Source: Eledone cirrhosa (Eukaryota). Taken from it: DNA of 64,000 nt. The position numbers and the translations under genes are program-made. The notes under the pieces are model-generated. The model ran no database searches. It saw only the letters and a list, made by a program, of their open reading frames with translations, and was not told the DNA's origin. The stretch spans positions 363,382,001 to 363,446,000 of the forward strand of contig OZ024740.1 of assembly GCA_964016885.1 (NCBI GenBank), given 5' to 3'. Positions 54,197 to 64,000 of this stretch are shown piece after piece. How positions within the stretch are numbered: the stretch's first letter is position 1; each line of letters opens with the position of its first letter.

Positions 54197-54583
54197 CTAT
54201 ATACACACACATACACATACATACACATATATATATATATATATATATATACTCATATACACACACGCACACACATACAGACACACATACACACTCACAT
54301 ATATATATATATATATATATATGTGTATGTGAGTGTGCGCAAATACACATATATATATATACACACACACATACAAACACACACAAACTCATACATATGC
54401 ATACATACCTCTTGGTAGATTTATCTACATAATTTTGCTCCTATTTTCACGGAAATATTCGTATTTTTGTACTGTATGTGTGTATTAATTTTATATTTAT
54501 GTATAAACATATATATATGTATGATTTTGTAAACCCATATACATTTAGTTGAGCTCTTTCAATTGTCCATCATCCATATCACA

Positions 54584-57025
54584 ATGGAAAAACAATATTT
54601 AGGAACCTCCTTAAAAAACATACCAATACCTTCTAAGGACGACTTCTTACTCCTTATGATTCAGAAAACTAATAATTTTATCAGAAGGGTTAGATGGAGA
54701 GCCTACCACTTTGATAGAAAATCTAAACAAGCAGATCGGAAATATATGTATGATTTCAACACTTACAAGAATCCACCACACAACTTTTTACTTGAAGACT
54801 TCGAGAAAGACCTTTTTAATTTAATTAAACACCTAAAATTTAAAAAGTATAAATCCGTCTTTCAAAAGGACCTTGATTCTACCCTATTGGACCTAAAAAA
54901 GTCTAAAAAAATCCATGTCCACTCGGACAAAACTGGTAACTTGTATCATATGGATATTGAACATTATAATGAGTTCATATATAAAGAACTCAGAAAAAAT
55001 TATAAAAAATCTAATAATGCGTCACTCACCAACATCAACAACAAAACACACAACATAGTAAAAAAACTAAATATTGAAGATAGAACTGAACCTTTGGCAT
55101 TGAGAAGTCCACACTTCAACCTGAAAGATCACAAATCTAACTTTAACTCTAATCCTTCTATTAGACTTATATGTCCCTCCAAATCAGATATTGGAATAAT
55201 TAGCAAAAAAATTTTAGATAGAGTCATCCCACAAATAAGAAAATACGTTATTTTACCACTCTGGGAAAACACCTCCCAGGTAATTAATTGGTTTAAAAAT
55301 ATTAGGTGTAAATCTTCTGCTTCTTTCCTACAGTTTGATATAGATAATTATTATTCTTCTATATCACCCATACTCCTGAACAAAGCATTAATATTTGCTA
55401 AAAATAGATCTAGTTTAACTTCGGATGACATTAACATTATTACACATGCTAGACAAACACTTATTGAATTTCAGAATGAATACTGGACCAGAAACACTTA
55501 TAGTAATCTTTTTGATATTACTATGGGTTCAAGCGATTCTGCCCAAATTACTGATCTTGTGGGCCTCTTTCTCCTTTTCAACATAAATGCCTCTTTTCCC
55601 CACCTCAAAGGTGGTTTATATCGTGATGACTGTCTTCTTCTTTCTAACAACCTTAGCCTTTCAGAAATCGAAAAAAACAAAAAGCATATTAGAACTTTCC
55701 TTAAAGACTATTATAACCTTAATATTACTTTTGAAAAAACAAGTAAAGTAGTAAATTTCCTAGATATAACTTTAGATTTAGCTACGGGTATATACCAACC
55801 TTACCATAAACCTAACCAAAACTTACATTACATACACTCACAATCTAATCACCCTAAATCTATCCTTAAAAACCTTGCATATAATATATCACTTAGAATT
55901 TCTAACCTTTCTTCTAACCAAGATGTATTTGATAAAAATGCGACCTTTTATAATGAAGCTCTAGATAGAAGTGGCCACAAAAATAGATTAGAGTATATAC
56001 CTTCTACTAAAAATACTGAAAGCATACAGCATAATATTACCAACAAACACCAAATGAAAAGTACACACCTAAATGCCACCCACAGTATACCCCAAAATAC
56101 TAAATCTTTTAATATAAAGTATAGTAACCCTCAAAAAACTACTCATCATAAGACTATAATAAATATTAATAATAAAACCCCTAATAAAAAAGATAAAACA
56201 CCTAAATCTACAAATATAACTAAAAATAGTTGTGGTGAGATCATTAACATTATTCCTCCTAGTAAAAATCATGATACAACATATAAAAATAATAAAAATA
56301 ATAAACAACATAGAAACCGTAATAGACGAGTTACTTGGTATAATGCTCCTTTTAATTTACAAGTTAAGGATAATATTGCTAAAAAATTTTTTTATATCCT
56401 TGAGAAAAACTTCCCGCCAAACCACAAATACCATCAAATCTTAAATAGGTCTACAGTTAAATTCTCATATTCTACAACAAATAACATAAAACAAAATATA
56501 AGTGCATATAATGCATATAAATGTAAGAAAACTATAAGTATACCACCAGTACATCAAATTAACAATAATATCTCCTCAAATACAGAATTAACGAAAGGAT
56601 GTAACTGTAGAAACAAAACAAACTGCCCATTAAAAGGGAATTGTCTTGTTAACAACATAGTCTATAAATGTAATGTTAAAACTAAAGATTCTATTTGCTC
56701 ATATATAGGAGCTACCTCTAACAATTTTAAGACAAGATATAATACCCACAAACATAGCTTTAAAAATGCCGCACTGGCTAATACAACATCTCTAGCAGAA
56801 AAAATCAATAGTTATAAAAATAAAAATATAAAATATGATTTGACCTGGAGTGTGCTCAAAAGAGCCACCCCTTATCAAAATAATAGAAAGGAATGTAGAT
56901 TATGTTCCCAAGAACTATTTGAAATAATGAAGTCTAGGGATATCTTATTAAATAAAAGACAGGAATTAATTATATCGTGTAATCATAAACTAAAAAAAAC
57001 ATTTAAATATTATAAACCTAATTAA
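54584..57025 (+). CDS. PLE reverse transcriptase + C-terminal GIY-YIG endonuclease (813 aa from the first ATG)
   Basis: SLKNIPIPS, SDKTGN, QFDIDNYYSSI, ITMGSSDSAQITDLVG, LYRDD, NFLDITLDL, YHKP, SNHP, CNCRNKTNCPLKGNC, IVY..YIG, R..H, CRLC..E, LLN; no stops. Confidence 0.95.
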   Translation: MEKQYLGTSLKNIPIPSKDDFLLLMIQKTNNFIRRVRWRAYHFDRKSKQADRKYMYDFNTYKNPPHNFLLEDFEKDLFNLIKHLKFKKYKSVFQKDLDSTLLDLKKSKKIHVHSDKTGNLYHMDIEHYNEFIYKELRKNYKKSNNASLTNINNKTHNIVKKLNIEDRTEPLALRSPHFNLKDHKSNFNSNPSIRLICPSKSDIGIISKKILDRVIPQIRKYVILPLWENTSQVINWFKNIRCKSSASFLQFDIDNYYSSISPILLNKALIFAKNRSSLTSDDINIITHARQTLIEFQNEYWTRNTYSNLFDITMGSSDSAQITDLVGLFLLFNINASFPHLKGGLYRDDCLLLSNNLSLSEIEKNKKHIRTFLKDYYNLNITFEKTSKVVNFLDITLDLATGIYQPYHKPNQNLHYIHSQSNHPKSILKNLAYNISLRISNLSSNQDVFDKNATFYNEALDRSGHKNRLEYIPSTKNTESIQHNITNKHQMKSTHLNATHSIPQNTKSFNIKYSNPQKTTHHKTIININNKTPNKKDKTPKSTNITKNSCGEIINIIPPSKNHDTTYKNNKNNKQHRNRNRRVTWYNAPFNLQVKDNIAKKFFYILEKNFPPNHKYHQILNRSTVKFSYSTTNNIKQNISAYNAYKCKKTISIPPVHQINNNISSNTELTKGCNCRNKTNCPLKGNCLVNNIVYKCNVKTKDSICSYIGATSNNFKTRYNTHKHSFKNAALANTTSLAEKINSYKNKNIKYDLTWSVLKRATPYQNNRKECRLCSQELFEIMKSRDILLNKRQELIISCNHKLKKTFKYYKPN

Positions 57026-58883
57026 TAACATTATTCTAGAATTTAATTTAATTTAAATGTTAGTTAACCTATAAATTTAATTTAATTAATATTTTATTAC
57101 AGATGAGAAAATATTATGTAATCATTAATTTTGAAAAACCTTTAAATATTACTAATATATATTCAGTAATTTAATTTATAGATTAATTTTAACTTATTTT
57201 AATCTTTTATTATATTTTTTAATTTAGTTTAACCTTTTATTATAAATTTTTTTTTTATTATAATTCTTTTACAGATAAAATATAACAAAATAATATCATG
57301 TATCCTATGACGGAGAAAGAATTTTTAGTATTATTGACCTAATTAATATACATTTTGGAAATATATTTATTATTTGGTTTTAGCTTTAATCAACCTAAAA
57401 CTTTAATTTTAACTTTAATTTGCTTAAAATTAGTATCCTTGTACAGACGAATTGCAGAATGTCATGTAATCATAGAATGGGAGGTGTTTTTGGATATATA
57501 CCTAGTTAATATATTCTGTGCAAATTTTTTGAAAAAGATATGTATATCTATATGTATATGTATATGTGTGTGTTGTATGTGTATCTGTATGTATATTTAT
57601 GTGACTATATATGTATGTATGTGTATATATATGTATATATATATATATATATATGTGTATGTATATGTATATGTATGTGTATGTGTATGTATATGTATAT
57701 GTATGCGTATTAATTTTGATTTTTATTTGCGTATAATTATATTATGCTATTGATGAAATACAATATCTGCTTTATGTATTGTATACCTAATTAACATATA
57801 CTAATTAACATATACTATTGAAATAAATATATAATTTTTAACTTAGTTAACATATAATTTATATGCTACTACCGATGTAATACTTTATTTTATTTTTATT
57901 TGGGTTTCTTTTCCCTATTACTAAATTCATCTCCTAATATTGATACCATAACGTTATTAACTTTAATTTAGTTATAATGTAATTAATAATCTACTACTGT
58001 TTGACTTCATAATTCTGCCTCAAATATTATAAACCTAACTAATTTACACCTTGGAAATCAATATGTTGACTATCTTTGGTTTAGTTGACATATGATTAAT
58101 AGTATACTTTTTTATTTTGTGATGCATAGATTTCGTATTTCCTAGCACTGAAAATATGTAGGAACATACATTGAATTAAGATATGGAAAATATTATATGT
58201 TTCTTGAAACATATATTTACTTTGATCCCCTTCTCCAAACCCCCCCTTTCCCCCATACTATTATCATCTGTTTTTGTAAGTGTATATGTATGAATATATG
58301 TGTAGATGGGTGTCTATATAGTTTTTTTGGTATTTATTTCTAAATATAAAAATACATATATGAGCATGTAAATATGAATGTAAGATTGAGTGTGTATATA
58401 TGATTGTACATACATATGTATGTGTATATATATGTATATATATGTATTATATATGTATGTGTATGTGAATGTGTGGTATGTATATGTGTATGTATATGTA
58501 TATATGTGTGTGTATGTGTATGCTTGTATATAGGAATATATATGTGTGTATATATGTATATATATGTATATGCGTGTTTGTATGTATGTGTATATGGGTT
58601 CTGTATATATTTGTATGTCTCTCTATTTATATGTTTATCTTCGTATCTATGTGATATATGTGTGTGTGTGTGTATGTATGCATATGTATGAGTTTGTGTG
58701 TGTTTGTATGTGTGTGTGTATATATATATATGTGTATTTGCGCACACTCACATACACATATATATATATATATATATATATGTGAGTGTGTATGTGTGTC
58801 TGTATGTGTGTGCGTGTGTGTATATGAGTATATATATATATATATATATATATGTGTATGTATGTGTATGTGTGTGTATATAG

Positions 58884-58915
<32 letters not shown>

Positions 58916-59058
58916 GTGTATATAGGTGTCTATGTGTGAATATATGTCTTTATTCGTATGTGTGTATTTATATATGTTTATATTTAGGTGTATGTATGTA
59001 TGTGTATGTATGTATGTATGTGTATGTATGTGTATGTATATGTGTATATGTGTGTATA

Positions 59059-59103
<45 letters not shown>

Positions 59104-59255
59104 CTTTATTATTATTGTAATATAACTTATGTGTATATGTCTATAAGTGAGGTTGTGTATGTATATATACTATGTGTATATATAAGAGTAATGAAATATA
59201 TATATATATATATATATATGTGCATTTCTGTATTTTATGTGTGTGTGTGTATATA

Positions 59256-59286
<31 letters not shown>

Positions 59287-59316
59287 ATATACATATGTGT
59301 GTACGTGTGTGTATGT

Positions 59317-59363
<47 letters not shown>

Positions 59364-59472
59364 TGGATGTTTGTATGTGTTTTTATGGTGGTATGAGTGT
59401 GGGATATATATGTTTGTGTATAAATGTATGTATGTGTATGTATATATATATGAGTCTACGTGTGTGTGTATA

Positions 59473-59525
<53 letters not shown>

Positions 59526-60293
59526 ATGTATGTATGTGTTGCGCGTGTGTGTGTCCGTATTTATATCTTTTTATATGTGTATGTGTATGTTCGTGTAAAT
59601 GTATGTGTGTGTATGACAGTATAGGTATGTGTGTATGTATGTATGTATAGATATCTCTATGTGCGCGTACATGTATGTATGTGTATGTATATCTGTATGC
59701 GTATGTACATTATATTATATGTATTATATTTTATTGTTTTTATTTTTTATTTTTCATAATTTATAGATACATTTATATTAAGGTTGTCTGGTCTGACAGT
59801 CTAATACTGACCCCTCCCCCCCCCTCCCACCTAATTTCTGTATCTTGATCTTGAAATGTGTGTACCAGTGTGTTTATGTGAGTGACTTAATTTCTATTTG
59901 CTTATGATTTTATATCCACATATATAAATGTGAGTGGGGGAGTGTGTGTGTTTGTGTGTTCGTGGTTATGTGTATATTTATATATATACGCACATGTATG
60001 TGTGATTATACTGATATGTGTGAGTATGAAAAAAATATATTTATATGCTTGACTCCATAAGTATCATTGCGTATCTTATCAGCGCATTAAGCTTACAGAG
60101 ATATTAACCTTGAAATTTTTTATTTGCATCCATCTTTTTAGTATGCACATACAGATTATACACACATTATTGTAAAATGTGTGTAGGGTTTTACATGTAT
60201 ATACACACACCAAACTGCTTTTTAACCCTTTGTGTTTTCATTGGTCAATTTTGAACTGATATTTTGAATTGTTGTTATTATCAATAAATATAC

Positions 60294-60448
60294 TTCATTA
60301 TTTCTGAAGACGGCGTATATATGAGTTAGGTATGTATATTTAATCTTGATAATTTGTATAATTTTGTATAATTTTGTACATAGATCTGTTAAATATGCAT
60401 ACCAATTATAACACATATATACCCTAGAAACGATCGTTAAATAGTGAA
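60294..60448 (+). ncRNA. Type I hammerhead ribozyme with ~116-nt stem II
   Basis: Stem I UUCAUUAUUU/AAAUAGUGAA (10 bp, one G-U); CUGAAGA 60304-60310; stem II GUAUAUAUG/CAUAUAUAC and GGUAUGUAUAUUUAA/UUAAAUAUGCAUACC; GAAA 60427-60430; palindromic stem III ACGAUCGU; GUU triplet 60436-60438. Confidence 0.8.
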
Positions 60449-60508
60449 CTTTTTTTGTTTAATATAAGGAATTGTTTGTTCATTATTTGTTTAATATTTT
60501 ATATATAT

Positions 60509-60574
<66 letters not shown>

Positions 60575-60734
60575 GTACATATATATATACATATATATAT
60601 ACATATACATATATATATATGTGTGTTGCAATCGGAAGGTTGTGAGTTCAATTCTCAGACCGGGTGATGCATTGTTTCCTTTATTTTACATTGCTCTAGT
60701 TTACTCAGCTGTAGAAATGAGATGATAGGACAGG

Positions 60735-61025
60735 GGTCCCTATCATTCCACTGCAAAGTGGTCGTGGAGGTGCCACGGCAAAAAAGAAGCACCCAGCCCA
60801 CACTGTAAAGAGGACGTGTAGGCGTCACGGAAAAATAGATCCTACCACTCACTGTAAATGAGGTTGGTATTACGAAGGGCATCGAGCTGTAGAAATCAAG
60901 CCAGAATCAGTTCCCATATGAGTAAGACAAGGTCAGCCGACTGGACACTGCCCACAACAGGACAACCCGTCTAACCCATGCTAGCATGGAAGAAGGAACG
61001 TAAAACAGTGATGATGATGATGATA
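60735..61025 (+). mobile_element. RTE 3' UTR fragment (subfamily of 1899-3062)
   Basis: Matches the reverse complement of ~1900-2170; (GAT)n tail. Confidence 0.85.
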
Positions 61026-61639
61026 TATGTATACATACTGTATACACTCAAATATATGCTGAAAAATATGTGACCAAAACATTGATGGTAATATGAGGGG
61101 AGGGGGGTGGCTTATATACAGGGTCAATATTTTGATGAATTTTACCTTCAAATTCTATGTAAATAAGGTGCTAAAATATCTGGAGTGATCATTTCACAAT
61201 GAAACACCATTTTTCTACATTTCCTATATCACCATGAGTTTTATTCATGCATTGCCTTGAGAACATTCCCACAAAGTCTTATTATTGAACTTTTTAATAC
61301 ATAAATATCCCCTACACACATTCACACATACATAAACACAAGTGTGTTAACTGTTTTTCTCTCTAATTATGCTTTTTCTTTCAATCATGTTTTGTTTTAT
61401 TTCAATCGCTCTCTCTCCTCTCTCTCACTCTCTCCCCCTTCTACTATGAATTCTTATACAATGTTCTCTTAGTTGATCTCATTTCATTCGGGGTGTATAT
61501 TAAATAAAAATTTGTTACATTTGGGAGATGGCGTTATTGTCTGCTTAAAAAAAAAGCACAATACTCCCATCATTTGAGTAAATGGAATTAAACAAACATT
61601 TGAAAAACTTGAAACTTTATGAAACAGAACTGTTTCTAG

Positions 61640-62552
61640 TTTGGTTTCTACAGCTGGGTGCCCTTCTTAATGCCAACCAGATTTACAGTGTGGACTGGGT
61701 GATTTTTATCATGGCACAAAAACAACCACTTTACAGTGTGCTTTCTGTCATGACACCAACACAACCACTTTACAATGCTGACTGGGTGCTTTTTGTCATG
61801 ATACATACATGACCATTTTACAGTGTGGGCCGGGCACATTTTGTCATGGCACCAAAAATGACCACTTTACAGTGTGAGCTGGTGACTTGGTTGGGGGAGA
61901 TGCATGGGGATTGGGGAGATAGATCTAGGGGCATGGGTGATGGGTGGTGTGTTAGGACATGGGTGGAATGTTAGAGCATGAGAAGCATGTTATGGCATGG
62001 AAGATGTATGGAGGGGGGGGGGGGGCGTGCAGGAGGAAAGTCATAAATACTAGATGTATTCTCTAACTCGAACACATAGAAAGGTGGGTCTTCTTTCTGT
62101 ATTACTGCATAATGCCAGCGATCTGAATCATGTGTCATCACCTTTGAGAGGTGTAATTGTGCAAGGTCAGCTTTTATCACCTCATCCCAAGTCTTCCTAC
62201 CCCATCGCTTCCATCAACTTGGCACCTTTTTATACAGCTGTCATCCTTCATACGCATCACATGTCCATACCAATGCAATTTCCTCTCCTTCACACTGCAT
62301 CTTATGCCCAGTTTCTCTCTCAGTTCATTTATATTTTACCATTCATGTATTACACATCCATCGAAGCAAGGAAGCTTCATTTCTTTCCAGTCTTTGCAGG
62401 TCCTCTGCACACAGTGCCCAAGTTTTACTACCATGCAAAATTGCTGTTCGTATATAGGCATCATACAATGTGCCCATCATTTTAAGGAAAAAACCTTTTG
62501 TATTTAGCAGTGGTAGTAGCTCCATGAACTTTCTCGGACCCGTTGTCACTCT
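61640..62552 (-). mobile_element. Degenerate RTE 3' portion
   Basis: RKFMELLPLL...LHGSKTWALCAEDLQRLERNEASLLRWMCN and 3' UTR modules. Confidence 0.88.
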
Positions 62553-62579
62553 GTGGAGATTGAATGAGACTACTCCCTA

Positions 62580-64000
62580 CCGACCCAACAGAGGGATTAG
62601 TTATCGAAATTGACAGTTATAGGGTCAAGAGGTGGTTAAAGGGACGAAGAATGGTAAAGCCACAAGACCATCAGGGATAGTTGCTGAGATGCTAAAAGCA
62701 TCAGATGTAGGAGCTGAACTAGTAACCCACATAGTCAATCAGGTAATACAGGATGGTGCCATACCCAATGACTGGTGCAGCAGTACACTAGTTAATTGCT
62801 ATAAGGGAAAAGAACAGCTACTGAGGAACAAAACTAATAGACCAAGTTATGAAAGTGATGGCACAGTTAATTAGGGAATGAGATGCATTTCAATTTTATC
62901 CCTAAAAGAAGTACTACAGATGCCCTCTTCCTAATGAGACAACTACAAGAGAAGTTTGTAGTCAAGAATAAGCAGCTATATTTAGCTTTTGTTGATCTAG
63001 AAAAGGCATTTGACAGAGAACCTTGACCTGTCATCTGGTGGTCCCTAAGGAAATTGGGAGTAGACGAGTGGCTTTGTGAGATCAATGCAAGTCTTGTATA
63101 GAGAAGCTGTCAGTAATGTGACAGTAGAAAATGAGTTTAGTGAGGAATTTAAGATACAGGTAGGAGTTCATCAGAGGAGTTTAAGACTGGTTGTCCATGA
63201 GAACTTCTGTGCGCTGATGACCTGATCAGCAAAGCTGAAACCATGGAAGGGCTAGAAATTAAGTTCTGACTGTGGAAACAAAAACTGGAATAAAAAGGGG
63301 TTGAGAGTAAACTTATGCAAAACTAAAGTGCTAGTGTTAAGTAGGAATGAAGATAGAACCCTGTTTCCTTAACAGAAGTGGACTTGTTCAATATGTAGAA
63401 AAGGAGTAGGTTTATACGATGTACACAACGTAAATCTTGGATACACAGGAGATGTAGTGGGATAACAAGTAGACTAACAGGAAAGGAAGGGTTTGTATTT
63501 AGAAGCTCAGAGTTAATTGACAGTAGCAGCGACAATATCTTATCCAGGAAGGATCCATAGCTCCGAAAGCATAGTAGATAGAAAAAGGATATGATGGAAA
63601 AAGTTTAGGGGACTACTGATTTAACAACAAAAGGTTTCTCCTTCTGAATGAAAGGCTGGCTGTGTGTCACCTGTGTGTGAAGTGCTATGCTGCATGATTC
63701 TGAAACATTGGTAGTGACTGCAGAGGTTGGTGAGAAATGAAGAAAGCATGCTTCAATGGACGCGCAATGTTAATCTAAGAGAATGACAGAGCATGGATGA
63801 ACTGAGAGAAAAACCGAGTATAAGAGGAATCAGAAGTAGTATAGAAGAAATAAAACTGTGTTGGTATGGACATATGATGCGCATGAATGGTGATCGTTGG
63901 TTGAAGAAGTGCTAAGAAATACCAGTGGAAATAAGCCGCAGTAAAGGAACGTCAAGGAAGATCTGGGCAGAGGTGGTGAGATCTGATCTTAAATCGCTGA
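62580..64000 (+). mobile_element. Degenerate RTE RT fragment running to the window end
   Basis: PSGIVAEMLKAS, NCYKGK, AFVDLEKAFDR, ADD remnants with many stops. Confidence 0.88.

Noticed and set aside
53178-54392. Many ORFs rich in Y/I/V/C/M (also 838-1244, 12250-12645, 48357-50453, 58340-59650)
   Set aside because: Translations of (TA)n/(TG)n microsatellites that lack stop codons; not genes

Overview
Repeat-rich, AT-rich animal genomic DNA. The SINE/RTE repertoire and (TA)n load suggest an octopus or other coleoid cephalopod (inference). The only host gene is RECQL (RecQ1 helicase) on the minus strand: nine GT-AG coding exons from 47067 down to 19577 splice into one open frame, but its first coding exon and C-terminal winged-helix exons were not securely found. 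The rest is mostly mobile DNA: over a dozen RTE LINE copies or fragments (main family has a PHD finger inside RT and (GAT)n tails), a GC-rich RTE with a 13-bp TSD, nested TTAA/CCC piggyBac-type MITEs, tRNA-derived SINEs, Gypsy and CR1/Jockey-like relics, and Penelope-like elements (PLEs) in (TA)n. The highlight is an apparently intact ~8-kb RT + GIY-YIG PLE (52437-60501) with 1.8-kb inverted pseudo-LTRs. Each arm carries a type I hammerhead ribozyme whose stem II is expanded to ~116 nt. A solo pLTR of different sequence (47521-48083) has the same long-stem-II architecture on the RECQL sense strand.
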